From contig CAWIPH010000002.1 in NCBI GenBank assembly GCA_963837955.1, forward strand, positions 4,512,001-4,576,000: 64,000 nt of DNA, read 5' to 3'. This DNA is from an uncultured Verrucomicrobiae bacterium. GTDB taxonomy: Bacteria > Verrucomicrobiota > Verrucomicrobiia > Chthoniobacterales > JAFAMB01. Shown here in pieces: positions 40,757-51,794 of this stretch. Within the stretch, counting starts at the first letter, position 1. Each line of letters opens with the position of its first letter. The notes under the pieces are model-generated. The model saw only the letters and a list, made by a program, of their open reading frames with translations. It did no database searches and had not been told where the DNA came from. The position numbers were made by a program, and so were the translations under genes.

Positions 40757-41662
40757 ATGCAGCTTTCGGTCACGCGGACTAAATCCGATCTTGAGAAGGC
40801 GCAAACGCGGGCCGGTTACCTTTTCATCTTACCGTCGTTCGCGCTCTATGCGGTTTTTGTGCTGGCGCCGGTCATTCTTACCTTTGTGCTCAGCTTTACT
40901 TACTACGATCCGATGGCCGGATCGCGCTGGGTGGGACTGGAGAACTTTCAGCGCTTCTTCACCGGTGATCGCTCGCTGCAGATTTTTTGGAACACGCTGT
41001 GCTTTTCAATCTTCGCGGTGACAGGAAACGTCACCGTCGGACTGCTCCTCGCGCTTGCCCTCAATCGGGCGATGCCCGCGGTCCTCCTCTACCTGTTCCG
41101 GCTCGCGTATTTTCTGCCGGTGATCATAGCCGCCGCCTTCGTCTCGATCGTCTGGGGTTATTTCTACGGCGACGATCTTGGAGTTATTAACTACTACCTG
41201 ATCAGGTTCGGCATCACTCCGATCCATTGGCTGACATCGAGCCGGACGGCCATGATGTCGATCGTCATCATGGACGTCTGGAAGAATGCCGGCTTTTTCA
41301 TGATCCTCTTCATCGCGGCTCTGCAGGGCGTGCCAAAGACGATCATGGACGCTGCGATCATGGACGGCTCCTCCTACTGGCGCCGATTCTTCCGCATCGT
41401 GTTGCCATGGATCTCGCCGGTTGTCTTCTTTGCCATCGTCTATGCCTCGATCGGCGCGTTGCAGGTTTACGAATCGATCGTCATCCTGACCCGAGGCGGC
41501 CCGGGCGACGCCACGCGCTCCATGTCGATCCACATCGTCGAAGAAGCCTTTGACAGTTTCGAGATCGGCTACGCCGCTTCTGTCTCTGTCATTATGACCT
41601 TGGTTATCCTGATCATCACATCCATTCAGCTTCTCGCCTCGCGGCGCTGGGTCCGGTACTGA
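40757..41662 (+). CDS. Carbohydrate ABC permease
   Basis: WVGLENF, DAAIMDG EAA-like loop, T.GGPG.AT. Confidence 0.9.
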   Translation: MQLSVTRTKSDLEKAQTRAGYLFILPSFALYAVFVLAPVILTFVLSFTYYDPMAGSRWVGLENFQRFFTGDRSLQIFWNTLCFSIFAVTGNVTVGLLLALALNRAMPAVLLYLFRLAYFLPVIIAAAFVSIVWGYFYGDDLGVINYYLIRFGITPIHWLTSSRTAMMSIVIMDVWKNAGFFMILFIAALQGVPKTIMDAAIMDGSSYWRRFFRIVLPWISPVVFFAIVYASIGALQVYESIVILTRGGPGDATRSMSIHIVEEAFDSFEIGYAASVSVIMTLVILIITSIQLLASRRWVRY

Positions 41663-41665
41663 GCC

Positions 41666-42505
41666 ATGCAGACCAAAGCCGGGCAGCGTTGGATCGACCG
41701 AATAATCATTGCTGTCATGGCGGTGCTGGGTGTCGTCATGCTTCTGCCTTTCGCCTGGCTGTTCAGCATGTCGTTCCGGCCGCCGGCGGAGGCATATAAG
41801 ATGCCGCCCAGTTTTTTACCGCCTACTCTCGACTTCAAGAACTATTGGGCCGTCCTCACTTCCAGCGTACCCTTCCTGCAGATCTATTGGAATAGTGTCG
41901 AAGTCGCCGTGCTGGTCACCCTGGGCCAGCTCGTCACGTGCACTCTGGCTGCTTTCGCTTTCGCGCGGCTGAAGTTCCCCGGCCGGGATAGCATCTTTTT
42001 CGTGTTGTTGATCGGGCTGATGTTCCCGGCGCAGGTGACCATCATCCCAATCTATTTGGGTTTCGCTAAGGTGGGGCTACTTAATCGTCCGATTGGTCTC
42101 GTGCTCATGTACCTGACATCGAGCTTTGGTGTCTTTCTTGTTCGCCAGTTCATGCGCTCACAGCCAAAGGCGTTGGAAGAGGCAGCGTTGATGGATGGAG
42201 CCGGTTATTTCAAGATATTCTACCGGATTTCGTTGCCGCAGTTGAGGCCCGCGCTTTCAGCGCTGGGAATCATCACTTTTACCCAGACTTGGAACTATTA
42301 TTTCCAAGCACGCGTACTGCTTGAGCCGCAACAGGCAATGACACTGCCAATCGCGATGGATCTCCTCCGCGGGTACCTCTCCTCCGGCAATCTTTCCGTG
42401 GTCATGGCCGCCATGAGCATGGCTGTACTGCCCGTAATCCTGATCTTTCTGCTGGCCCAGAAGTTGGTGGTCGAGGGCGTCACCATGAGCGGAATCAAAA
42501 ACTAA
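41666..42505 (+). CDS. Carbohydrate ABC permease
   Basis: AFAFARLKFPGR, LEEAALMDGA. Confidence 0.9.
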   Translation: MQTKAGQRWIDRIIIAVMAVLGVVMLLPFAWLFSMSFRPPAEAYKMPPSFLPPTLDFKNYWAVLTSSVPFLQIYWNSVEVAVLVTLGQLVTCTLAAFAFARLKFPGRDSIFFVLLIGLMFPAQVTIIPIYLGFAKVGLLNRPIGLVLMYLTSSFGVFLVRQFMRSQPKALEEAALMDGAGYFKIFYRISLPQLRPALSALGIITFTQTWNYYFQARVLLEPQQAMTLPIAMDLLRGYLSSGNLSVVMAAMSMAVLPVILIFLLAQKLVVEGVTMSGIKN

Positions 42506-45150
42506 TGTTGCAGAATCCTACGACCATCGACAACCGCTTCGTTTACACCGGCGAAAGACGCCGATACGTCTCCTTTCCGCTTGGCGGCATCGGCACCGGC
42601 AGCGTGTCGTTGACCGGCAGCGGCCGGCTGATCGACTGGAGCATCTCTAACCGGCCGGCTATCCATCAGTTTAACGGTTACAGCCACTTCGCCATCAAAG
42701 CAGAGCAGGACGGTAAACTGCTCGACGCACGCGCGCTGAACGGACCGTATGAAGGGATCCCAAGCGGTTCGCCCAGTGCGCGCAAGTTCGACGGATTTGG
42801 TTTCGGCGCCAATCGCGATTCGATGGCTGGAGTCCCCCACTTTGATGACGTCTCGTTCATCGGCCGCTTTCCGGTGGCTGAGCTCGAGTTCCATGATGCC
42901 AGCTTTCCAGGCCAGGTGCGGATGACGGCGTTTAGCCCCTTTATTCCGCATAACGACCGTGACTCGTCGATGCCGGTCGCGCTGTTTGAATTCTCGGTCG
43001 AAAACAATACCGACGCACCGATCGACTACACGTTTGCCTCGACCCTTGGCAATTACGGGTGCGACAGTGGCATTCACACCTTCATCCGGAAGAACGGGCT
43101 CAGCATTCTCCACTTCACCTCGGCCGACCCGAGAAGTCCGGAACAAGGCGGCGACCTCGCCATCGTTACCGACGCGGGCGACGTCGAACATGTCGACTAC
43201 CATTTCCGCGGACAATGGTTCGACAGTCTCGCTCGCTATTGGAGAGAATTCGCGCGAGCAGGCCGCCTCCGCGAGCTCCACTACGAGAAGCCGCGCGCGG
43301 TAAGGAATATGTTCCAGCAGCCCGAGCACGGAACGCTTGCGGTCCGCGTCCGCGTCATGCCGGGGGAGACGCGGCAGGTGTGCTTTTCGATCAGCTGGAA
43401 CTATCCGCTCGGCAGCATTTACTGGTTCAACCGCGATCAACCCGGAAGCCCACCCTTCGCCGGGACGCCCCCGACCTGGAAGAACTATTACGCGACCCAA
43501 TGGGCGGATTCGGTAGCGAGCGGGGCGGACGTTTTCCGGCGTTGGGATATGCTCGAAGCGCAGACCTTTGCCTTCCGCGATTCGCTTTTCGACTCGTCGC
43601 TGCCGCCGGAGATAATCGACGCGGTCGGCGGCACGCTTGGCATCCTCCGTTCGGCAACACTCATCCGGCTGGAGGGCGGCGAGATCTGGGGTTGGGAAGG
43701 CCAGCACATCCAGGAAGGCTCTTGCGAGGGGAGCTGCACCCATGTCTGGAACTATCAGCAGGCGCTAGCCAACCTTTTCCCGGCACTTGAGCGGACGCTT
43801 CGAGAAACCGAGTTCACTTATAATCAGTTGCCGAGCGGCGGCCTGACTTTCCGCCAGAGGCTCCCTCTCGGCTCCGGCTTCGATATCATCGGTCCATGTG
43901 CAGACGGACACTTCGGCGCGATCATCAAAGCATACCGCGAGTGGAAGAACCTCGGCGACGACGTCTGGCTGAAAGGGTATTGGCCGAATATCCGGCGCGC
44001 GATCGAGTACGCTTGGTCGCCAGATAATCCAGATAAATGGGACCCGGACAAGACGGGCGTGCTCTGGGGCCGTCAGCATCACACCCTGGACATGGAACTG
44101 TTCGGTCCAAGCTCCTGGTTGACCACCATGTATCTGGCGGCGTTGACGGCTGCTTCGATCATGGCGGACGCAATCGGTTATCCGGCTTTCGCCAAAGAGT
44201 GCCGCGACCTGGCGGCAAGAGGCGGCGCATATGTCGATCGCGAGCTCTTCAACGGCCGCTACTACGCCCAGAAGCTCGATCTGTCCGATCGTTCGGTGCT
44301 CACCCCTTTTGATCAGCACCGCAAGGCGGGCGTGCTCAGTGAACCGTTCATGGAAGCGTACTGGTCAGAGGAGTACGGTGAGATCAAGTACCAGATCGGG
44401 GAAGGCTGCCTGACCGATCAGATCCTCGGCCAGTGGCACGCTGATATCGCTGGACTTGGCGATCTGCTTGCCCCCGAAAACGTGCGGACCGCGTTGAAGA
44501 CCGTGTTCAACGAAAACTATCGGCCGAGCCTCCGTGATCACTTCAACCCGTGTCGCGTTTACGCTTATGAGAACGAGAGCGGACTTCTCAACTGTACCTG
44601 GCCTGACGGAACGACCAAGCCGGCATTGCCGGTTCCCTACGCAGAGGAGGTGTGGACCGGGCTGGAATACATGATGGCCTCGCACCTGATCCAGCGGGGC
44701 CTGGTCGATGAGGGCCTGACGGTCGTCCGCGCGGCGCGCGCCCGTCACGACGGGACGCGGCGCAATCCGTGGAACGATATGGAGTGCGGCAGCTATTACA
44801 TCCGAGCGCTGTCGAGCTACGCGCTGGTCAATGCCTACTCGGGCTTTTCGTTCGACCAACGGTCCGGCGAGATCGGCTTCAGACCTGCCCGCGCCGGTGA
44901 CGGCATCTATTTTTGGTCAGCCGGCCGAGGTTGGGGCTTGGTCGAACTGAAAGGATCGAGCGTGACGCTGACCGTGAAGGGCGGCGAACTGGTGGTGTCG
45001 AAACTTCGGTTACCGGGCCGCTCGGGTGCAGCCTGGGTGGAAGGCCAGGCGGTGGAGCGCGAGGGTGACTTGATCCCACTCGGCAGGCAGCACACACTGA
45101 AGGCCGGTGATAAGTTGGTGGTGGAAGTGGACACATATGGCCAAGCTTGA
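42505..45150 (+). CDS. GH116-family glycoside hydrolase (no signal peptide)
   Basis: FPLGGIGTG, CEGSCTHVWNY, ADGHFG, QHHTLDMELFGP, DQILGQW, EVWTGLEY, RNPWNDMECGSYY.R. Confidence 0.85.
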   Translation: MLQNPTTIDNRFVYTGERRRYVSFPLGGIGTGSVSLTGSGRLIDWSISNRPAIHQFNGYSHFAIKAEQDGKLLDARALNGPYEGIPSGSPSARKFDGFGFGANRDSMAGVPHFDDVSFIGRFPVAELEFHDASFPGQVRMTAFSPFIPHNDRDSSMPVALFEFSVENNTDAPIDYTFASTLGNYGCDSGIHTFIRKNGLSILHFTSADPRSPEQGGDLAIVTDAGDVEHVDYHFRGQWFDSLARYWREFARAGRLRELHYEKPRAVRNMFQQPEHGTLAVRVRVMPGETRQVCFSISWNYPLGSIYWFNRDQPGSPPFAGTPPTWKNYYATQWADSVASGADVFRRWDMLEAQTFAFRDSLFDSSLPPEIIDAVGGTLGILRSATLIRLEGGEIWGWEGQHIQEGSCEGSCTHVWNYQQALANLFPALERTLRETEFTYNQLPSGGLTFRQRLPLGSGFDIIGPCADGHFGAIIKAYREWKNLGDDVWLKGYWPNIRRAIEYAWSPDNPDKWDPDKTGVLWGRQHHTLDMELFGPSSWLTTMYLAALTAASIMADAIGYPAFAKECRDLAARGGAYVDRELFNGRYYAQKLDLSDRSVLTPFDQHRKAGVLSEPFMEAYWSEEYGEIKYQIGEGCLTDQILGQWHADIAGLGDLLAPENVRTALKTVFNENYRPSLRDHFNPCRVYAYENESGLLNCTWPDGTTKPALPVPYAEEVWTGLEYMMASHLIQRGLVDEGLTVVRAARARHDGTRRNPWNDMECGSYYIRALSSYALVNAYSGFSFDQRSGEIGFRPARAGDGIYFWSAGRGWGLVELKGSSVTLTVKGGELVVSKLRLPGRSGAAWVEGQAVEREGDLIPLGRQHTLKAGDKLVVEVDTYGQA

Positions 45151-46297
45151 GCTCAAAGGGGTCCACAAGAGCTTCCAATCGCTCGAAGTGATCCACGGCA
45201 TCGATCTAACGGTCGAAGACGGATCTTTCACCGTGTTCGTCGGACCCTCCGGCTGCGGAAAATCGACCCTGTTACGGATGATTGCTGGACTGGAAGAGCT
45301 GACTTCCGGCGAAGTGCATATCGGCGGCATACGTTGCGATCATCTTTTGCCGTCGGCACGAGGCATGGCGATGGTATTCCAATCGTACGCCCTCTATCCG
45401 CATATGAGCGTGTACGAGAATCTCCGTTTTGGCTTGGTCAATCAAAAGGTACCAAAACTCGAGATCGACGCCCGAATCCGGCGTGCAGCCGATATCCTCC
45501 GAATTTCCGAGCTGCTCGCCCGTCGACCTTCTCAGCTCTCAGGTGGACAGAGTCAACGCGTAGCGATCGGTCGGGCGATAGTCAAAGAGCCGGACGCCTT
45601 CCTTTTCGACGAGCCGTTGTCCAATCTGGACGCGGAGTTGCGGGTCAAGATGCGGAGCGAGATCGTCAGCCTGCATCGCCGGCTGAAATCGACCATGGTG
45701 TATGTCACTCACGATCAGGTTGAGGCCATGACCATGGCCGATACCATCGTGGTTCTGCGCGACGGGGCGGTCGAGCAGGTAGGCACCCCGATCGAACTTT
45801 ATGCGCGACCGCGCAACCAGTTTGTTGCGTGTTTCCTCGGCACCCCACAAATGAATCTGCTGAAAGCAAAGATCCAAACGGTGACCGGAAAAGATACGAA
45901 ATGCGGATTGCGGAATGCGGATTGCGGAATGAGCCTAACCGTTGACGGTGGACAAGGCGTAATCCATGCCAGCGTCGATGGAATGGGGAAATCTGCCGGT
46001 GCGGATTGCACCGTGGGAATTCGGCCGGAACATCTCGCGTTGTCTGACAACGGCACGATTGTGGGAACCGTCATCGCGACCGAGATGCTCGGCTCTGAGA
46101 CAATTGTTTTCGCCAACCTGCAATCCGGGGAAAACGTCACCGCCTCGATCCGGGGAATTCGCAGCCTTTCGCCGGGAGCGATCGTTCGATTTTCGGTCGA
46201 CCCCCGGTTCGTTCACGTATTCGATGATAAAGGGATCACGCTTCCGCCGTTACGGTCGTGGCGCGAGGACTACGTCGAGGGCGAGCGAAGCGCGTAA
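45137..46297 (+). CDS. MalK/UgpC-type ABC ATPase
   Basis: GPSGCGKST, LSGGQSQRVAIGRA, FDEPLSNLD, GIRPEHL; contains an in-frame repeat-derived insert at ~45898-45931. Confidence 0.92.
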   Translation: MAKLELKGVHKSFQSLEVIHGIDLTVEDGSFTVFVGPSGCGKSTLLRMIAGLEELTSGEVHIGGIRCDHLLPSARGMAMVFQSYALYPHMSVYENLRFGLVNQKVPKLEIDARIRRAADILRISELLARRPSQLSGGQSQRVAIGRAIVKEPDAFLFDEPLSNLDAELRVKMRSEIVSLHRRLKSTMVYVTHDQVEAMTMADTIVVLRDGAVEQVGTPIELYARPRNQFVACFLGTPQMNLLKAKIQTVTGKDTKCGLRNADCGMSLTVDGGQGVIHASVDGMGKSAGADCTVGIRPEHLALSDNGTIVGTVIATEMLGSETIVFANLQSGENVTASIRGIRSLSPGAIVRFSVDPRFVHVFDDKGITLPPLRSWREDYVEGERSA

Positions 46298-46302
46298 GAG
46301 GC

Positions 46303-46660
46303 GGTAGGGCTGAGCTCCCGCTCGGCCGGAAATATCTCACGCAAAGACGCAAAGACGCAAAGGAAGAGGAGAATCCAGAATTTGGAAGTTATCTGCTATC
46401 TGTCATTCGTCATGCTCTTCGCCAGTCATGCGCTTCGCCCGTCATGCGCCCACGCCTACCTATTCTAAATTCCAACTTCTAAGTCCGCTTCCCTTCCTTT
46501 GCGTCTTGGCGTCTTTGCGTGAGGTTTTTCCTCCGTCTTTGACCCTTCGAGGAGAGCACGACGACGAGGACGAGAACGATTCCCAAATTTCCCGTGCCTA
46601 CCTATTCTAGATTCTAAGTCCGCTTCCCTTCCTTTGCGCCTTTGCGTCTTTGCGTGAGAT
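46303..46660. repeat. Composite spacer (GTAG-REP plus inverted ATCTCACGC modules)
   Basis: + copy at ~46334; - copies at ~46497-46524 and ~46633-46660. Confidence 0.8.
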
Positions 46661-46669
46661 CACCCGCTG

Positions 46670-47680
46670 TTAGGGAACGAAGGCGGATACATCTAGCTTC
46701 GCGATACCGCGCTTGGTATCACCAAATTTCTGGGCAACGGTGACTACTAACTCGGTGCCGTTAGGATACCATTTCGCATGGTTTGCGTTCCATCTAGGAT
46801 CGGTTACCCGGACGGCGGGGGTGCTTCCGTCCGCTATCTGGATGAAGATCGAATACAGGCCGCTCGTGTTGAACCGGTTCGATTCAAAGGCGATCCAATT
46901 ACCGTTGGGAGAATACCAGGGCGCCCGGCCTTGAAAATTTGGATCGAATTTCGGCGGAGCGTTCGGAGCGAGTGTTCTGACGGTCGGCGGATTCGTTGAA
47001 GCGTCAGTGATCCAGATGTAATTCTTGTCCTGGTTATATACGCCCTTAGGTTTAACGGTCTGGCCGGCAAATGCGATCAAGTTCTTATTAGCTTGATTCA
47101 CGCTCGGAAAACCGGCCCAGATTGTGTCATTCGCCATGACATCTTGCAGCAAGGCTCCACTTGAATCGATTTGGGATGTGCGAGGAACGGGGTGCGGTGG
47201 TTTAATCTGGTTATTGTACACGGCAAGCAAATTACCGTCGGGGTACCAAGCCGGGTACACCATTCCTGCCGTGCCTGGCAAATTCGTCAGGTTACCGCCG
47301 CCACTGTCGGCCAGCCAGATTCCGGGTCCGTTACTAAATGCGACTCGCCCGGTCTGCCAAGACCAATCCGGTCGGGTAGATAACTTAAGAGTTGGAACAA
47401 ATGTTTGGGGAGTTGCAGTCGGGTTGGTTAGATCGAGGGAATAGAGATGCGTCGAGGTCCCGATCGTTCTCTCAAAGATCAACAGGGAAGCGGTGCTGTT
47501 CACAACACATCGGTAATCGCTCACCGCCTGGGGGTACTTCATCAGGAATACCGGCGTGGCGAACGGAATAGACAATGCCTCTTCACCCAATGCGTTCACC
47601 GGACGCATAGTGCTGGACAGCGCCCAGCTTGCCACCAGTGACGAGGAAGCCCTGGCTAAGAACTGTCTTCGATTCATCAT
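46670..47680 (-). CDS. Tat-exported TolB-like (PD40) beta-propeller protein
   Basis: NRRQFL Tat motif; RPDWS, YPAWYPDG, APWYSPNGNWIAFES, AKWYPNG. Confidence 0.75.
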   Translation of the reverse strand: MMNRRQFLARASSSLVASWALSSTMRPVNALGEEALSIPFATPVFLMKYPQAVSDYRCVVNSTASLLIFERTIGTSTHLYSLDLTNPTATPQTFVPTLKLSTRPDWSWQTGRVAFSNGPGIWLADSGGGNLTNLPGTAGMVYPAWYPDGNLLAVYNNQIKPPHPVPRTSQIDSSGALLQDVMANDTIWAGFPSVNQANKNLIAFAGQTVKPKGVYNQDKNYIWITDASTNPPTVRTLAPNAPPKFDPNFQGRAPWYSPNGNWIAFESNRFNTSGLYSIFIQIADGSTPAVRVTDPRWNANHAKWYPNGTELVVTVAQKFGDTKRGIAKLDVSAFVP

Positions 47681-48276
47681 CGTCCTTAGCTATCAAGGAT
47701 TGGGCCGCCTGGACAAGAAGATTCCTGGCGAAGCAGGATCTCACGCAAAGACGCCAAGACGCAAAGATGAGAAACAGAATCGGCGAAGCGTATGACAGAT
47801 GACAAATGACAGATGACAGATTGCGGGCGAAAGCGCATGACTGGCGAAGCGCATAGCAAATAGCAAATAGCAAATAGCAAATAGCAAATAGCAGATGATG
47901 AGCTGCAGGAGAGAAGATTCTTTCGTTATGGAAACTCGACGGGAATAGGACGAAGGCTTCAATTGTGCGTCTTGGCGTCTTTGCGTGAGATTCTCTTCCG
48001 TCTTTGACCTTCGAGGACGACGACGAGAACGATTCTCAAATTTCGGAATCTGGGGCTCAATGGATTCATATTCGCTATCTGCTATTTGCTATCTGTCATT
48101 CGCTTCGATCGGGGAGGTTTATTTGAGAGTCGAAGGAAATCCGCTACATTCGGTTGCTCGAATCTAATCTATTATAGGTCTTATAGGGTCCCATGGGTCT
48201 TAGGGGTCCTATGACGAGGTACCAAATCATCAACCCGGCGACGGGCATAGCAGATAGCAGAGAGCGTTTCTCGATC

Positions 48277-49026
48277 TCATGGCGTTGGGTTTGCCAGCGG
48301 ACGGATTGCCGGGCTTAAGGTGATCACCGGCAGACGGCCGTCGCTTTTCCAGGGGTCGCCACCGCCGTTCCGACCTTCGGGCGGGTCTTGGAATTTGTCT
48401 TCCCATTCGATGTTGGCAATCCGACCGGTGCGCCGGAGATCAGCGATCAGGCCGTCGCGTGCTGTATCCACATCCGGGTCGATGTGATGGGTGATCTGTC
48501 CGGTCGTATGACTGAATCCGACGGCCCGGTCAAAAGTGATTGCGCCTGGCCAGTAAGGTTTCCCGGACTCATCCTTGGCGGGCGCCTGCCAAAACCGTAC
48601 GTGATGGCGTTGGCGTGCATCATTACTCACAGGTTTCTCAAAGGCTAAGTCCTCTTTCCGGCCAAAGAGAAAAAGGTTGCTGACTGGCGCATCAGTGTAA
48701 GGACGATGAAAGATTGTGCTCTCAGCGATGCGCAAACTACTTTTCAAAGTGATTGGATCGGCAGGATACCATCCGGCTTCTAATAACGCCGAAATGAGAT
48801 CGTCTTCGCTTCCGATGATCGAAATGTTCAAAGGATCGCCGGGGATGCCAGCGCTGGTTCTAGTGATCCGCGGTCCATTAGTCAGCACTGGATGGCGGGA
48901 CAAATGTACTTTCCACCATACGGGTGCTAATAGATAGGCGGTCACTAACCAGATCGCCAAAAGCACAAGAAACGCCGCGACGACGGCCGGAATCAGAGGT
49001 CTGATACGCATCAGTGACAGCTTCAT
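48277..49026 (-). CDS. LssY C-terminal domain protein
   Basis: GDPLNI, APVSNLFLFGRKEDLAF, RHHVRFW, TH.IDPDVD.ARD, NGGGDPWKSDG. Confidence 0.8.
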   Translation of the reverse strand: MKLSLMRIRPLIPAVVAAFLVLLAIWLVTAYLLAPVWWKVHLSRHPVLTNGPRITRTSAGIPGDPLNISIIGSEDDLISALLEAGWYPADPITLKSSLRIAESTIFHRPYTDAPVSNLFLFGRKEDLAFEKPVSNDARQRHHVRFWQAPAKDESGKPYWPGAITFDRAVGFSHTTGQITHHIDPDVDTARDGLIADLRRTGRIANIEWEDKFQDPPEGRNGGGDPWKSDGRLPVITLSPAIRPLANPTP

Positions 49027-49127
49027 TCCAATTTTGTGAGTCGCTCACCAAGGCGTAAGCGCGGATTTGCGGGTTACCGTGCTGATGGGTGATTGCGCGT
49101 CCAGGCTCGAGATAACGGGCTCCCGGG

Positions 49128-50063
49128 TTACTGCGGATTTGAAACGAGCAGGCGGTCAAATGTCGGGCGGGGTAGATCCGAGAAGTAGGTCCTATAGATG
49201 CTATCCGCTAACATCGAATCGGAGATTCCGCGGTAGTCGGGTTCAAGATTCCGCACGTCGTTCAGATCGATCGTGATCGCTGGTACCACTCGCTCATAGA
49301 GGCGACTGTAAACCTCGTTCGAAACGCTGAGGTCCCCCCGAAACGGACAATCAAATGCGACGATCAACACGATGACCAGGGCCAACGAAGCCGCCAAAAG
49401 TCCCGTCATTAGCATATGGAGCCAAAGCTTAGGTACCCCGAAAATAAAACTAAATGCTACCGTTACTGCACCGCCTAAGAGAGTGACCACCCACATGACG
49501 ATCGGAATCCTGGATCTCGCAGCTTCTAGCCGGTCACGTCGGGCACGGTAGAGATCGTTGGCGGTGCGCAAGATCTCGGAATCGATCGTTGTCATGTTTT
49601 GTGACGGACGATATTTCGCGAGGATCGCATTAAGCTCGAAGAGCGGTTTCCATCCTTGGACATTAGTGTGTCCCCTCTGTTGAGCGGGCCATTCGTCGTC
49701 AATGACCAGTCGAGTATATTCCCGCAAATACCGGCGGACAGTAAAAGCTAATTTGGGAGGAAGCCCGGCGGAGTCGACGTAGAGATTATCTACCATGTTC
49801 GCTTCCAATTCGGCGGCATCTTCGGCCTTCTTGAAATTCTCCCAAGCGGAGACGGCAATGAACGCCAACAGGACGGCGTTAATCACTCCTATAATAGCGA
49901 CTATAAACCCGGCAACATCGTTGTGAGCTCGCCGGATATCCGACGGAACGAAGCGATGGAAACAGGCCAGAGCAAGCAGGCTGATCGCTACCGCTCCGAG
50001 GACAATAATAGTGCCGCAGAGCCAAGTCGGGGTGCCATAGATCCAATCACGGAGGGCATGCAC
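49128..50063 (-). CDS. DUF4239-like membrane protein
   Basis: IGVINAVLLAF...W, YTRLVIDDEWP, AFDCPFRGDLSVS. Confidence 0.7.
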   Translation of the reverse strand: MHALRDWIYGTPTWLCGTIIVLGAVAISLLALACFHRFVPSDIRRAHNDVAGFIVAIIGVINAVLLAFIAVSAWENFKKAEDAAELEANMVDNLYVDSAGLPPKLAFTVRRYLREYTRLVIDDEWPAQQRGHTNVQGWKPLFELNAILAKYRPSQNMTTIDSEILRTANDLYRARRDRLEAARSRIPIVMWVVTLLGGAVTVAFSFIFGVPKLWLHMLMTGLLAASLALVIVLIVAFDCPFRGDLSVSNEVYSRLYERVVPAITIDLNDVRNLEPDYRGISDSMLADSIYRTYFSDLPRPTFDRLLVSNPQ

Positions 50064-50394
50064 AAAGATGTGTTTAAGATCTCACGCAAAGACGCTAAGA
50101 CGCAAAGACAGATTTAAATTCCACAATAGATCGCAGAGACGGAGAAGACGTTTTTAACAGGAGCTCACAGAGATAACAGAGAAACCGGGTCTCACGCGAA
50201 GTCGCAAAGGCGCAAAGACGGATTTTAGATTTTCACACAAGCTCGCAGAGACCAAGAAGACTTCTTTAACAGGAGCTCACAGAGATAACGGAGAAACCGG
50301 GCCTCACGCAAAGGCGCAAAGACGGATTTTAAACAGAAGGTAGCAAAGACGGTCAGTACTGACTACCGGTCAGAGCGCTTCCATCTGCAATCTG

Positions 50395-50901
50395 TCATTT
50401 GTCATCTGTCATGCGCTTCGCCTGACCCGCACTTACCTTAGAAATCTTCCACACATCGCCCTCGTTGACGAGATTCAGCGCCAAGCGGTGCCTAGACTGC
50501 TTCGTGGATCCTAGCGTGACCATTGCTGAGGCGGCCCTGCCGTCAATGTGCACGTCGGAGACGACAATGTTGCTTGCCCAATCATCGAGGTAGTCCTGTG
50601 CCCGGATAAAATAATCCTCATCCAAGCCTTCCGAGCTGTTGGTGCGTCTGTCGATTTCTCGAAGAAGTCCCTTTGATACGTATACCTCAATCTTGGAACG
50701 ATCTTCACTAAGGGGATCACGATTCTTAGCTAGCGCTTCCAGATACCAGTGATAGAACGCGGCCACGGTCGCCTGTGGCGTGTTTGGTGAGCTTGCAGGT
50801 GACTGCGCGCGCGCCCCAAACGCGCAGATCAGAAGCAGGCAAGCGAGAGCAAACAGAGCGAGAAGTGAACGGACTCCCTGTTTTTCAGCGAAGCTACCCA
50901 T
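50395..50901 (-). CDS. DUF3828/YbjP-like secreted protein
   Basis: P.ATVAAFYHWY, DYFIRAQD, WKISKV; tail AKRMTDDK comes from a repeat. Confidence 0.7.
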   Translation of the reverse strand: MGSFAEKQGVRSLLALFALACLLLICAFGARAQSPASSPNTPQATVAAFYHWYLEALAKNRDPLSEDRSKIEVYVSKGLLREIDRRTNSSEGLDEDYFIRAQDYLDDWASNIVVSDVHIDGRAASAMVTLGSTKQSRHRLALNLVNEGDVWKISKVSAGQAKRMTDDK

Positions 50902-51794
50902 AGGCGTTTCAGAAGGTGTAGCGGTAGATCGCATTTGGGGGCTTCAAACGAAGCATAGGTTCGCACGACGGCAGTACTGGACGTTAGGAATATGCAGTTA
51001 ACGGGATCAGGTCAATCTTTTGGTCAGAGAGGGGGCGAAGCGCATGACAGAGGGCGAATAGCAAATAGCCAATAGCAGATAGCAAATCAGCGGAGGGCGA
51101 TTTTCTGGGATCGGCTATTGTAAACTCGGCGTGTTCTGTCTTCGCTCGTTGCTGGGCCGTTCGGCACCTCAAAAACTTTCTGGAGTTTTCTCCGAGCGGT
51201 CTCCAGTTCCACGATCAACGAACTAAGTGGGTGCATTATTTTTACACTTTTTGCGGTCACCAGTTTCTTGTGGGAACGCTTTCAGATATCTCAGCCGCCA
51301 AAGAGGTCGTTAAAGCCCGGACTCCGTGGGGGTTGATACGAACCGTCCTCTTCGGAAATCGGAGACCGCTGATTAATGGGGCTGGGACTTATCAGTCTCG
51401 CGCTGAAATTTGTGCCCGTTGAGGAACAACCTGTTGCCAGCACAACTGTTGCCGCAACCAGTAGAGCTATTAACGGCGACTGTTTGATGCGGTTCAATAA
51501 TTCGCCGAAACTATGATACCTGACTAATCGACCAGGCCCCAAAGGGCGCGCCGTTTTGACCGGCTGTTGCTTGAGTTTCATTCGATGCCTCCACAATGAA
51601 GTACCGGTTCCCTGCCCTCTTTATTCCTTGAGCGCTAAAAACAGACGGGCGAGACGAATGACAGATGGCGGCTAATTAACCCACCACTGCGGATTGGGCG
51701 TGGCCCGTCGATGGCGCGGTTTCGACTGTAGATGTCGATGGAAGAAGCGCGAAAAATTTGGTACTATATCCGACCGCTAACAAGGATGTAGCTC

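Noticed and set aside
42502..43743. 413-aa antisense ORF, and similar ones at 53206, 54681 and 56599
   Set aside because: Antisense shadows of better-supported GC-rich genes
51291..51596. Small lipoprotein-like ORF (LATGC)
   Set aside because: The lipobox lies ~55 aa from the available starts and no family is recognisable; too uncertain to call
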